From Antedon mediterranea (taxonomy: Eukaryota > Animalia > Echinodermata), in contig NC_092673.1 of assembly GCF_964355755.1 (NCBI RefSeq), forward strand, positions 21,139,648 through 21,203,647: 64,000 nucleotides of DNA, in the 5' to 3' direction. The notes below the pieces were generated by a model that had not been told where the DNA came from, ran no database searches, and worked only from the letters and a program-made list of their open reading frames with translations. Shown here piece by piece: positions 10,917 to 25,900 of this stretch; position 1 is the first letter of the stretch, and every line of letters starts with the position of its first letter. Made by a program: the position numbers and the translations under genes.

Positions 10917-13900
10917 GTATGTATCTTGTTAACTAAATTGGTAATTCGATTTATACAGTCTCAACTCTCCCAATACCGGACACCTTTGGACTGAACAAAT
11001 ATGATTTTCCAGACAGTATTGGGAAAATTTCTGGTTTTCAGGGGGTCCGTTATTGGGAGAGTTGACTGTACACATTTCAAAACTCTTATTTTTAAGGCAT
11101 TTCGATTAGTACGTTTAGAGCCTTTTAAAAATTCTAGATTTGCTTACAAATTCTAGAGGAGGAGAAGCCCCTCTTAAAAACAGCTGCACTACAGCAGTAC
11201 AGCTGACTTGAAGAGGCCCTCTTAAAAACAATACAAAGAAAATACAGACAAAATTCAAACGTACAAGAAGATTTCATAAAGTCAAAATTCTTAAACAGAT
11301 AAAAAAAAGATTGTACAAAAATTAGAAAAATGTTAAAATTCATTTTTTCTTTTAGGGTGCTTGCCCAAGTCCTTTTTTTAAAGCATTTTAAACAGTCTAT
11401 TTCGTGCTTAGGTTACTTATAAACCGACAATAGCCGGTGCTCTCCAGACGGCTATAATTTGGGAGAGTTGACTCATATCGTTTTGTATGAGCACCATTTA
11501 AGTTTCATTTTTTATCTAAACAAAATATGGTATGTTTCATAAAAATGTAGCTTTTAACATAACATGCTGTTCAAAAAGAATCATTTAAAATTCATATAAC
11601 ATGTGTCTGAAATCACTGTCATCAAAGCTTTGCTATTTTTGGAGGTAGGCATTCAGAATTCATTGATTTTATGGTATGAAAATCACCAGAGTGGATTGAA
11701 ATACATTGTCAAAATTGATTTTTAATTCCATAACAATTGATCATGTATTGATCTTATGCCGTATTAGGCTGCTAAAGTTCTAAGCATTATGGGTTGAAAT
11801 GATTTCCAATGCAACCCATTGTCAAGAAATTCCAATAGTCAAGTCCAGCTCTAGTATGTGGAGGAATAAAGGGTCTTCTGCTGCATAGCGCTGAGTAAAC
11901 TGTTTATTTCAAAATAGATTTAAAATATAATTTTTATATCGCCTACATTTCTGCTCAATTTTTGCTCCAAAAAAACCGTTTTAATCAGTTTTCGGTCGTC
12001 TACGGAAATTGTTAGCAGTACCCGGTAAATTTTAATGTTACTGCAGTGTAGTTGACACAAGGTCAGCAGCTGTTATTTTGTGTTGCAGCTAAAAGTTGCA
12101 CAGCAAAACCAGGTTAAATGGCGTTCTATTGATTGGGTGTTTTTTTTAAACCGTTATTTTCAGGCTGCCGTTTAACTGGTTATTGAAAATTGGAGTTAAT
12201 TATTCACACAGTTATTAACCAGATTTTTGCTGTAGAAACACGACTTAAGTCACTGATTTTAATACTTGATTTGTCCATCAAAGGTTCCACTAAAGTTTAA
12301 TATAATAGTATAAAACTCTGTTCATCTTTAAGAATGAATAACATACATAATTATAGGCACTATTTTTTAGACCACATCATCTTTTTTTTTTCTTAATAAA
12401 ACAATTTCATTATAGAATCCTAGCTGTACAAAGTCATAAATCATTTTTTGTTACAAATACCAGTTAACCCTTTGACCTTATAGCCAACATTTTATGTGTT
12501 TGCACTTTAGCTTTACCTTCCTCAGTATACAAGTGGCCTCCCATTGGAATCTTAGTTTATGGTTGTCATAGCAATGTGTAAACAGGTTAAGAACTACCCA
12601 CCTTTTCTGCTAAAAGGATTAACTTAGCAGTTCACTCAGGCATATCAAAGTAAAACTATGTGTAGCTCATTACTGAACAATTGTGATATTAAGGTCGACA
12701 TCAATATTTTTATTTGCGAAGTATTAAAGTACACAAATATTGATAAATTATTCACTTAGCTAGACCTATCCAATAGTGATTAATGTTTAGGGTAATTTAA
12801 TGCCATCAATTAGTAAAAAATAAAACAATAGCTTTTTTTAAACCAAATAGTTAAAATGACACCTTATTATGATTAAACAATAAGCCTCCCTTAACAATGC
12901 ATCTGTTCAATTTATTCGCCTTTAAAACGAGAAAAGTTGCTGTATTGATTTAGCATTGTTTCCCAGCAAAGGATTGACAAGAGGGATTAACCTGGGTTTT
13001 AGTACTGACCCTATCTTCACTGCACACAGCGCAATTTCATTGGATAACACACTTGCATAAGTAGCATACAATAGGTCTCAGTTCATTCTTACTGTTCATA
13101 CCTATCAATGTCTACTTAAAAGTGACTTAAGCAAGATGTACAGTAGGAAATAATTTAGGGTGGATATAAATAATACTTGCATTTTTCAAGAAACATTATG
13201 CTGGAAATTGATGACTTGAGTACGGTAATTTGTTTTATTGGGTTTTTTTATACCATGCTAGATAATTTTAATTATGTGAGGATTTTTTTCTCAGCAACAT
13301 TATTTTCTCGATCACTACGTTGGCCATCTGCAACAGGAAAACCTGTCACAAAGGCGTTGGAATGTACTGTAACAACGTTTGTTAATAGTAAAATTGTGTA
13401 ATTATCAAGGATCTAGAATATTATGTCAAATAGAATGATCAATTACAGTTGTGAGGTTTGTTACTATTTTTAATTTGGTACTGCAGTTGTGCATCTATCA
13501 GATTATAGTTCAATTGTGTTGCAGTGAGTGAAATTTGTTTTCTGTCCTACTATCATAGCCTGTGACTACAGGCGATGATAGGTACTAGTAATATTGCAGT
13601 AAATTTAATCAATTCATAAAAATGTATCCTGTAGTGACCAGTTTATCAAGTGTCTTTATCGCCATGATAGCGTCATATTAGCATAAACCTTTTGTTATCA
13701 TTTTAATTTATTTACACAAACACTCAAAGCTACACCTAAAGGGCTGTAAAGTTCACTACCTTTAATGCATCTTGCTCAATCACTAATATTAGCTGTATAT
13801 GTAGGCCTACAGTAAATGCTGTATATACTATATTAAAAAAACAGAAGAAATAGGTACAAAATTCTAAATCCTACAGGTAAAGGGTAAAAATGTATTTATG

Positions 13901-16900
13901 GTCATAAAGGGAAACTGAGGGGATTTGGATTAGGCCCTCCACAGACCCACGGCAGCCAGAAGTGCAGGCAGTGTCAACAAGATCAGCATAACGGAAGATC
14001 CCTTACTGTTAAAGATGTATTGTCCCCCAAAAACATGAAAAATAAAGATTAATAAAATCAGCCTTTGAATAGACTATTTTGTAGCTTTAATAAAGTTAAT
14101 AATTTCTGTAGACTAGAAAAAAAAACAAATTAATTTTTTTACTTATAAAATTACAAAATAAATGGTAAAATTCAACCAAAAACACATTGGCTGGCAGCCA
14201 ATTTGACTATTTTTTTGCTTTAAATTACCTTTCTTTAGGTAAATACTTTTTTTTTCCGATCCATTTTTGGTCAAAGTTGATAACTATTTGGTGTTAGGTA
14301 TTAATTTTTTAGGGGGACAATACATCTTTAATAATGTACCAAGTTCTTTAATGTGCACTATGTACACACCAACGGCTTTACGTCCCATCCGAAGGACGAG
14401 GCAATGAGAGTAAACCATCTTACAGATAAGCTCGAACCCATGCCTATCACATGCTAGTGCAATCTTATCATTACACCATCACTCTAGAATGGCACTATAA
14501 GGGATGTTTAATCAAAGTTGGTTTTAAGTTGCAAGTTTTAATGACAAATTTATTCTGTGTTGTAACTTACATGGTAGAAATTACTCTACAGTTTTAAATT
14601 ACCATCATCGGTTTCAAATTGATTCACTGGCGTTTTATTATTTTTTTCACCTGATACATTGAGTATGTCTTGTTTATTTCACTCACTTATTTTTTCAGAT
14701 CGATGAGTTAAAATCCAAAGATCGAGTGATCGGTGACTTGGAGAAAGAATTAGGCTATCAATCTAGTTATTCCCAACGACTCCAACTAGAAAAGGATTCT
14801 CTCGGAAGCTTACTCAATCTAACAAAGATGGCAGAATCATGGGAAAAGCGGTCGCCCAGAGCAGCAATGAAGAAAAGCCGTAGCCTTGATCTAGATAATC
14901 TAGTAAGTTAAAACATTTAATTAATTGAAGATTATTATTTATTTCAACTAAGGCGAATAATATCACAAGTCACAAGGTTTAAATCTCTGCACAGGGAAGG
15001 CTCACTGAAATTCAAATATTTAGTTTAAATAGAATTTAGGTTCTAATAATGAAGCAAATGTTTAGCAATACTTGTACAAGAATATGCCAATGCTCAAGGT
15101 ATATATATTCACTTTTATTATAATAATCTACATAAAATAAATTACATATCGTGGCCAGAGGCCAAATTGTAAGTAAATTTTACAAAAATATACAAATATA
15201 AAAGTCTCAAAAGAATTACAAGAAACTTAAATTTGATGATACATCTTTGGTTTTACAAAAGAGGATATCATTTCTCGGACTATTGAAATTGTTAACCACA
15301 AAACTATAACAGTGTTAATATTATTAGAAATGCCCTTTACACAATTTGTAGATTGATTATCATGAAAAGAATGTAATTGTTTACTTACAGATATTGATTT
15401 AAAACTCAATGTTTGCCCCGCAGGCCTAATATTGTTTTGTATTGCCATTGGAATTCTACTGTAAACTACTGCAACTAAAACCTACCCTATAGAATTAAAT
15501 AGAATATATCGCTCTTAATCATTTCCAAACAGGGAGGTGCCGCATTTACGGGGTATATTTCCAAGGATTTGGTAGCACAAGCGTGGGAAATGACGTGGTG
15601 AAATTAGTAGTGAAGTCCCCCGGCCCGTTCCTTTGTCAAATGATGGCACAATTTATCGCAAAATTTGAGCAGGGATTTTCTGAGCTATACTGGATGCTAA
15701 GCCATCTCTAAAGGGATCCTAATCAATGAAAACTAGCCACCTATGTTATCCCAAAACCTGTCATGAACGGTTCCTTTTTTGCCGAGAACCAGTACAAATA
15801 TTTGTATACAAGTGATCCACCAGGATGCCTTATTATACAGTCATAGCATTGCTGTATGAGTATGAGAAATCATTTTGTACATTCAAATTAACAGTCTATC
15901 ATAGGTAGCTGCAAATTTGTTATTAATTCCCAGTCTATAGTTGTATCCTTTTTATTATTCTTGAGTCTGCACCTGCTATTTGCAACCTAGACCTGCTATT
16001 TGCAGCCTAGACCTGCTATTTGCAGCCTAGACCTGCTATTTGCAGCCTACACCTGCTATTTGCAGCCTAGACCTGCTATTTGCAGCCTAGACCTGCTATT
16101 TGCAGTCTACACCTGCTATTTGCAGCCTAGACCTGCTATTTGCAGTCTACACCTGCTATTTGCAGCCTAGACCTGCTATTTGCAGCCTAGACCTGCTATT
16201 TGCAGCCTAGACCTGCTATTTGCAGCCTAGACCTGCTATTTGCAGCCTAGACCTGCTATTTGCAGCCTAGACCTGCTATTTGCAGTCTACACCTGCTATT
16301 TGCAGCCTAGACCTGCTATTTGCAGCCTAGACCTGCTATTTGCAGCCTAGACCTGCTATTTTCAGCCTAGAATATGATGCGAATGTGACACTTATGTGAC
16401 ATTATTAAAGCGTTCACATTGCAACTAAATTGTTGAAAACATAATTATCAACATTTAATTTATATGATAAGTATACATATATGTGTTTATTTTCATAGAC
16501 TAATGAAGACTCGGATAAAGAAAGACGCTTGCAGCTGAGACTCACAGAATTAAACAATACAGTACGGAGGCTAGAAGATAGAAATAAACAGTTAATGGAA
16601 GGAAAGAGTATGGAAAGCCAACTTGAACAAAATCCAGAGAAAAATAAAGTGTTAAGCAAACGGTTAAATGATATGGAACAATCTAATAAAAGACTGGAGG
16701 AAAAGAGCAGGCTTTTGGAATTGGAAAATAAACGATTGGTAAGTTATTAATCAAATATAGATTTATTTATTTGAGGAAATTATTTTCAAAATGTTGTTAA
16801 TTTATATTAATGATAATTATAAATATATTTCTATAAAGCGTACACTAAAGGACCAAATGCGTAGTAGGTTGGAGCGTGAAAACAAACATTTAAAGAAGGC

Positions 16901-19900
16901 TCTGAATGAAGAACACGCCAGTTTGAAGGAAGAAGTTAGCGAAGTAGAACTGTTAAGAGCAAAGTTAGAACAGCAAGCACGAGTTATCGACAGATTGAAA
17001 AATAATGTGAGTTATTATTAACATTGAAGTCATTTAGAATTTAAATCTTAGTATTTTTTAGCCTTAAATTAAAATATTTAAATATTATTTTTTTTCAGAA
17101 TAATACAGATTTATTGAGTATTGACAGAAAAGCTGTTAAGTCAGTTAGTGATGAAGTTAGTTTAGTGTCTGATTCTGGTACAATTGATGAGGATGATTGG
17201 AATGAGGTAAAGTAATAAGATGGGTTCAAATCATTTCAAATTTGTTCTCATGGCAAAACAAAACAACTCCCTGAGAGGGGATAAATAATAAACAATTACA
17301 ATTAGTATGTGCCATCTTTCTATTCAGTTTGATAAAGCAGAATTGGAAGCAAATTACCAACAACTGAGTAAAGAGTGCCTACAACTACAGAAAGCATACA
17401 CCCAGTTACAGACGGTTGTAGGTGGCACACTGGACACACAAAGGGAGGCTAAGGTAAGTGACAGTTACTCTCAGTCACCCTGTAGTCAAGCGAGCTACTG
17501 TATCTGTATGTCTCAATGACCTTGCCAACTGACAGTTTATTGGCAGTGGCATAACGCAGAGGCCTTAAGGCCCCTGGTTTAGCAAACCTAAGTGGCCCTC
17601 TAACACTGGAGGCCTCAGGCGTTTTAACATATTTTAATGCCAGGGGCCCCATAAGCTCCGAAATTCCCAATTTAGCCAGTGAGCGCTCATAGCCATTACG
17701 GCACTGTTTATTGACTGTAAATGCTGCCCATAGAATAATGTGATTGTTAATCCAAGCATCTTTTAGTATACTTAGGAAATACAAAAACAAATTTGACTGT
17801 CTTATCTATGAAATGTATATCAGACAATTAAAACCTAGTCTGAATAAACAAAGTGACTCTGTAAAAGCTAAGATTTTCATTTGACAGGATGTTAGACAAT
17901 AGGTCTTTTGTTATTTAAACTTTGACCCTTGGCTTGTGTTATTTAATTAGTTGTTTTTAGTTGTAATTTCATTCATTGGACTTGATAATGACCCCATGAT
18001 GGAGTCGAAACGTCGTTCTTTTTGAAGCGTTATTTTTCTATTATGTATTTTAAATAAACGTACCCTCATCCATAGAATTTGTGAACTTTAAAGATGTTTT
18101 CATTAGTCTGTGATTGTTGAAAACAACCACTGGTTCTTATAATAATGATACACTGCTTTGAATTATAAATCTAAATGTCTATAAACGTTTTGGTTCTTTT
18201 CTTATGTTCTTGAAGATAAGAAGAGAACTAGAATCTGATCTCATTGAGAGCCAGGCTACAATAGAAAGTTTACAGCAACTCCTAATAGATAGTGGAAGGA
18301 GTGTGGATTGGCTGAAAGAAAAACAAAAGATGCAGAAACAGATTACTAAATCAAATGAAAAAGTGAGTTTATATTTGTTGGTGGTCTATTGTTAGATGTT
18401 GTACAAATAGATCAGTAAATTCTGCCAAACATCACATGAAAAACTGAAAACTTCTTCTAAGTTATCTGAGGATCATTTAGACAGCAGAAATTGCTTTGAA
18501 TACTGACTTGGTATCAGGTGAATCAAGTACAGTATTCAATGAGTGACATTATTCATGTATCGTATGTAAACCCTCTGTATTTTGTATGTTATTAATGTTG
18601 TAGATTTATTTATATACAGTCTGCCGCACTAGATGCCTTCCGTACATCTTTCAATAGGTAAAAGGCATGTTCATCCAGTAAATACAAAAACTGCAAATAT
18701 ATACATTTATTGTCGATACAAATTCAGCATTTTGATGAATAAACATTATTGTTTTAATAAAATCTTAGACAAGCATGTTTAGCATGGAATTGAAATTTTC
18801 TTTCTAAAAGCCTGTTCATGAAAATCGGTCTTAATTTACCAAATCTTGTAGAAAAGAAATTGTAACTAAACATTTGCATGTATCATGTATTTAAATCATC
18901 AATCATTGTCATTTCGTAAGCAGTAGTACAGTAGTTAACATTTCTTTTAATAAATATTATATTTATTTCTGCCTTTTATTTATAGCCAAAGGTATGTTGT
19001 TCTTAATTTTTACTGAAACATCCTTTTTAGTTGAGCAGTCAATCATACCCCGCCTTCTGCCATTACCCCACCCTATGCTATTCCCCCACTCCTCAGATTC
19101 CCCTACCCCACCCTCTTAAATCCCCACTCTCTACCAATCCCCACCTCTCCTCTCATCTGATTACCATAAAAATACTACATAGTGAAAAACATTCCTTTTT
19201 TGATTTGATGTACTTGGGTAGTTTTTACAAATTTATTTTTTAAACTCCATTTCAGATTTAATTTCATGTCTAATAATGCTTAATGTTGTTATGTATGAAT
19301 GTTAATAGTTAATGTAAAGTTTATATTCCTTTCTTTGATAATGTTTATATTTGACTTTTATAGTTGCAGTTTAGATACTGTATACACAATGCATTGTATT
19401 GTTTAGTATCTAGCAGGGTTTCATGTACTGTAGCAATATTCAGAATATCAATCATCATTACATTAGCTGTTGCAAGCAGTATCCCAACTCAAATTGGTCA
19501 AAAATGATAAATAATAATGAACCCATAATAATAAGTAATATAAAGTATTCATATACTGTTACTAATGCTGATACAGAGCTTTCATGTGCGACCACTAAAG
19601 ACATGGGAACTAATAATTATGTCATGTTAATTCATTGTATGCATGTTGGGACGTACATCCCTCACTTGATTCCATGACACAGTTTTGCCGGATTCTAGGT
19701 TCAGACAACGACCAATGACACAGTATCTCCCGCCAATATAAATGCAATTTCTTCCGATATTTTAGATAAAACATGCAATTGCCCTATATTTATACATTTA
19801 CAATTTGTACTACTCTATATATTGATAAGAGAATAGGAAACATACGGTAATAATATCGGTTCGTTAGATGTTTATAATCAATTCATGCATTTTGTTTAAT

Positions 19901-22900
19901 AAGTGAAATAATGAGTTGGCATGCCTGACATACCCATGTTTACAACTATAGATGCCAATATCTTTAGGGTTTTTATAGCACCCTCTGTTGTTTATGTATT
20001 ATTATAGTGCCCTCTATAATGCCCTAGTTTTACCAAGTTGGTGCAAATTTAAAGCTTCCTAATTAAGAAGCATTATTGCTACTGTAGGTATTGATTGATA
20101 TACAAACAATACATAAATCATTTCATTGTTCTACTTGCTGCTAACAACAAATTTGTGCAAGGCAAATTATAAAATTTTTATTTACATTATTTGTTTATTT
20201 ATGCATAAATAAAATGAATACATTTTCCTAATTGTTTTCCCACAGCTTCATGAGCTTGAATATTCCTTAAAAGAAGTGAAAGATGAAAAGGAACTTTTAG
20301 AATTCCAATTACTGGAAACTTCGGAGCAAGATTTTTCAATATGTTCAACAGACTCACCAAGAGCAAGTACACCAAGAATTTTGGTAAGTAGAAATGAGGA
20401 AATTAGAGAAGAAAGGAAGGAGTAGAGGAGAGGAGATAATGAGAGAAGAAAGAGTGAAGGAGAGGAGACAATGAGAGAAGAAGGAGTGAAGGAGAGGAGA
20501 TAATGAGAGAAGAAAGAGTGAAGGAGAGGAGACAATGAGAGAAGAAGGAGTGAAGGAGAGGAGACAATGAGAGAAGGAGTGAAGGAGAGGAGACAATGAG
20601 AGAAGAAGGAGTGAAGGAGAGGAGATAATGAGAGAAGGAGTGAAAGAGAGGAGATAATGAGAGAAGGAGTGAAAGAGAGGAGATAATGAGAGAAGGAGTG
20701 AAAGAGAGGAGATAATGAGAGAAGAAAGAGTGAAGGAGAGGAGACAATGAGAGAAGAAGGAGTGAAGGAGAGGAGACAATGAGAGAAGGAGTGAAGGAGA
20801 GGAGACAATGAGAGAAGAAGGAGTGAAGGAGAGGAGATAATGAGAGAAGGAGTGAAAGAGAGGAGATAATGAGAGAAGGAGTGAAAGAGAGGAGATAATG
20901 AGAGAAGGAGTGAAAGAGAGGAGATAATGAGAGAAGAAAGAGTGAAGGAGAGGAGACAATGAGAGAAGAAGGAGTGAAGGAGAGGAGACAATGAGAGAAG
21001 AAGGAGTGAAGGAGAGGAGACAATGAGAGAAGAAGGAGTGAAGGAGAGGAGACAATGAGAGAAGAAGGAGTGAAGGAGAGGAGACAATGAGAGAAGGAGT
21101 GAAGGAGAGGAGATAATGAGAGAAGAAAGAGTGAAGGAGAGGAGACAATGAGAGAAGAAGGAGTGAAGGAGAGGAGATAATGAGAGAAGGAGTGAAAGAG
21201 AGGAGATAATGAGAGAAGGAGTGAAAGAGAGGAGATAATGAGAGAAGAAAGAGTGAAGGAGAGGAGACAATGAGAGAAGAAGGAGTGAAGGAGAGGAGAT
21301 AATGAGAGAAGAAGGAGTGAAGGAGAGGAGACAATGAGAGAAGAAGGAGTGAAGGAGAGGAGACAATGAGAGAAGAAAGAGTGAAGGAGAGGAGACAATG
21401 AGAGAAGAAGGAGTGAAGGAGAGGAGATAATGAGAGAAGGAGTGAAAGAGAGGAGATAATGAGAGAAGGAGTGAAAGAGAGGAGATAATGAGAGAAGAAA
21501 GAGTGAAGGAGAGGAGATAATGAGAGAAGGAGTGAAGGAGAGGAGACAATGAGAGAAGAAGGAGTGAAGGAGAGGAGACAATGAGAGAAGAAAGAGTGAA
21601 GGAGAGGAGACAATGAGAGAAGAAGGAGTGAAGGAGAGGAGATAATGAGAGAAGGAGTGTAAGAGAGGAGATAATGAGAGAAGGAGTGAAAGAGAGGAGA
21701 CAATGAGAGAAGGAGTGAAGGAGAGGAGACAATGAGAGAAGAAAGAGTGAAGGAGAGGAGATAATGAGAGAAGGAGTGAAGGAGAGGAGACAATGAGAGA
21801 AGAAGGAGTGAAGGAGAGGAGACAATGAGAGAAGAAAGAGTGAAGGAGAGGAGACAATGAGAGAAGAAGGAGTGAAGGAGAGGAGATAATGAGAGAAGGA
21901 GTGAAAGAGAGGAGATAATGAGAGAAGGAGTGAAAGAGAGGAGATAATGAGAGAAGAAAGAGTGAAGGAGAGGAGACAATGAGAGAAGAAGGAGTGAAGG
22001 AGAGGAGATAATGAGAGAAGAAAGAGTGAAGGAGAGGAGACAATGAGAGAAGGAGTGAAGGAGAGGAGACAATGAGAGAAGAAGGAGTGAAGGAGAGGAG
22101 ACAATGAGAGAAGAAAGAGTGAAGGAGAGGAGACAATGAGAGAAGAAGGAGTGAAGGAGAGGAGATAATGAGAGAAGGAGTGAAAGAGAGGAGATAATGA
22201 GAGAAGGAGTGAAAGAGAGGAGATAATGAGAGAAGGAGTGAAAGAGAGGAGACAATGAGAGAAGAAGGAGTGAAGGAGAGGAGATAATGAGAGAAGAAGG
22301 AGTGAAGGAGAGGAGATAATGAGAGAAGAAAGAGTGAAGGAGAGGAGACAATGAGAGAAGGAGTGAAAGAGAGGAGATAATGAAAGAAGAAAGAAAGAAG
22401 TAATCTTTTTACATGTCGTCATAAATTATTAATAATCCAGTTAGATAACTATTGCTCATTGGCGATAGTTGTATTCGACAGCTCGTGTCTTTCCTCAGTG
22501 CTCCCTTTTTATGTATCACTGAAAGGAATTCACTATTGTTACAGGGGTTGCAGCCACTATAATGTGTTATGATTTAACCCGTGGACTGCTTGTTAAATAA
22601 ATAAATGTACTGTATTTATTTTGTTTAGATTACTCAGCACCCAAGAACAGAAGAAGCTGGACTTCATTATGCTTGTACACTTGATCAATTTAATGTATGT
22701 ATTTTTGTTTGGCCTTTTAAACAATTAATTCCATTGATATTGATATAAAGTTTGCTGTACACCACGTATATTAGTTCTGAAAAGAACTTCTCACCAGTTC
22801 TTTTCAGAACTAATATACGTGGTGTACCGCAAACTTTATATCAACATTTGATTTCGCAATGCAAACCTTTAAACAATATCATGTTTTAAATTATATGTCT

Positions 22901-25900
22901 TTGTATTCAGGAAATTATGTACAGTGAATTAAGGCAGCGCTTGCAGGCATTAAACTCAAATAAGGTACAGTATGTTGTGTTTTATTTATCAAATAAACTG
23001 AATGTGACCATCTCTTTGGATATGTTGAAAGATAAACAAACATAAATATTTCTATGCTTTCACATGTATACTTTTTGATGGAGTGCACTTTGCAGTTTCT
23101 CCCAATAAACTTTAAAATGGCAATTAAATTGTAGCTTTCATTCTAGTGCAATTATCAGAATGTATTCTGTTTTCTTGTTTTAGGATTTTGTGGTATCCAA
23201 GGCCGATTCAGAATTACTTAATCAAACACTCAAGATGTTGGATATCGCTGATATGGTACAATTCAATTTGTTGAATAAAATAAAACAATTGATGTTGTTA
23301 TTTTTATAATCATTAATATTTCCTTACTTCAAAACATTTTTTTTAAAGGCCAAGTTTTACAGGACTTTATACTGATTTATCTTTTTAATGTTAATTTTTC
23401 AGCGCCTGGTATCAATGGATGAAGAAATGGCATCGTTAAGAAAAGTTATTACAGAATTAGAAATTGAGAGAAATAACCTGGCAACGGATAATATGAACAT
23501 GTCCACAGAACTTGTCAATCAAACGCTAGAAGGTCAAAATACACAAGAGGTGAGCTGTCAAAATCTAGATTTTCCACATTGCTTTTGTTGGCCGTTTTGA
23601 TTACAATATGCAACATTTACATTACCTAAGCTCTCCTGGCAAAAATCTATACAGAACCAACTTTGAATTTATCTGCTCAATACAGGTGTAAAAGTGCCTG
23701 TAGGCAAATTTGCTGTGCACCTGTTTTATGCAAGTTTATTAATAAATACAATCATTTCAGTTTAGTTAGTTGACATGTTTATAATAGGATAACAGTAACA
23801 CTGACAATACAGAGTAAACATAAGGCTACACTTTGTGTTTCAGCATTTTAAGAGATTGACTGATATGTACTGATTAGTCGCAGTCCTTTGGCAACGACCT
23901 TTTAACTGCTTTAAATTTGAAATTGCAATTGATTTTTGTGTATGTTTGAGTATTGTTCCTTAACCATAGAAACTATATATCCTTGTAAACCAAGAAGCTA
24001 CAGTAATAACATGCACAATTGAAGAAACTAAATTTCTTCTGATAACAATTATATTTACATCAATTTACAGAAAGTTACTGAGTTAGAACAAGCATTGGAA
24101 CAATTTAAGAACAGCGAGACAAAATTAGATTTGGTTGAGGGCGCTTTCAAGCGAACGGAAGAACGCTTAGAAAAAGAAAATAAAAAATTGAAAAAGCAGT
24201 TGAGTGATGCTAACGAAGGAAGGTTCAGTGAAAATGAAATGTTGCAACAGAAAGTGAATGAAAATAGACAATTGGCTAATGTAAGTATTTTGAATGAATA
24301 GAATTTTTTAAATTATTAAAGATCAATACAGTTTAATAAATATAGTATTTAGTAACAGCTGAAGAAGCTTAAATAAGATTCAATTATTTTTAAAGATGTA
24401 TTTTCCCACTGAAAAATAATTGTTGTTGTTGGATATGCCATTTTAATATCACTGCATAATCATGGATTTTGGTTAAATTTAACGATTTATTATGTTATTT
24501 TTATAACTGAAAACATTTTTTTTTGACAGAAGGGATTCACTTTATTAAAACTACAAAATAACCTATTCAAAGTCTGATTTAATTATTGTTCATTTTTTAT
24601 GTTTTTGGAGGACAATACATCTTTAATAGTACATTATTTTAAAGATATTTTAGATAAAATTCGCATTTTAAATAGTGTAATTAATTTTTCTTCTATTGAA
24701 GAGAACCCCTCATTCTTCAAGGTGCCTATTGAAACAGGTGAAATTTCATTTTAAAACACTTTACCTATTTTTATCTTTTTTCCAATCCAAGTAACATATT
24801 CCTAATACATCCATTGGTGCATGCTTTTTCTATAATTAACTTTTTGTTTTTTTACTTAATACTGACTTTCCAATTCCACAACCCAGCACTAAACTAGACT
24901 ATGGCTATTGAGTCTAAGAGACATTCTGTACATGCTCAGAAACTTACTGAGATGCATCAAATGTTTAATATACTTAATAGCTTCATAGTTTAATTTCATG
25001 AAATCGACAGTGGATACAAACAAATTATTGTACAGTACAACATTTAAAAAAATTCAATTGTTTTTCCAATTATTTCATCACTTATTTTTATTACATCATG
25101 TTTTATAGATATTTTGGTTAAATTGTGTTTCTGTTGGATTGATGAATTGACTGAAACCAATTATTATTTAACCTACTCATTTTAACAGCATGTTTTGCAG
25201 TATGATTTTTGATAAAAACAATTTATATACATATAAGTATATATTACTTGTTGCATGTGTCTGAATAAAGTAAAATTTCCAAATTAAAAATGCTCTACTT
25301 ACAAAAATAATGATTGTTTTGGGTTCCTATTGAATACTATAATGTATCTTTAAATTATTTTATTTTGGATAAAAGAGTGATTTTTTTTGTTGATTCAATA
25401 AATCGAAAAAGCAAATGAAACGTTGACAAAATGTTGCATTAAGTACTTTTTGATTGGATCAGCAATATACAAAAATTCACTCTTATGAGGTGTATTGTTA
25501 TCTGTACATAAATTTTACTACTTTTATTAATGAAAATATACTTGATATTTTATAGAGAGTGACAGAGTTAGAACGAGAACTAGCGGTTAGAGAACGCCAT
25601 TTAAATAAAACAGAACGTCAACGATTGATTTCGATGGAAAAGGAAACAACACAACATAAGAAGGTGAAAATCTTGTAATCATATTATTGTAGTGAATGTG
25701 CTACCTGTAATTTAAATGATATTTGTACTGTTTATATTAATTATTATACATAAGAGCCGGGCAAAACACCTGACCATTTAACTCGGACGCAATGCTATTT
25801 TGTTCGCAGTTAGTTATCATGTGATTGATATAATTTTGTAAATCATCTTGTATTAGTTTGATCCATATTATTTTCTTTATGTCTCTTTTTTATACTGTAG

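Noticed and set aside
20248-22422. Three long minus-strand Leu/Ser/Phe ORFs (577-724 aa)
   Set aside because: All three frames are open because the pyrimidine strand of the minisatellite lacks stops; intronic repeat artefact.
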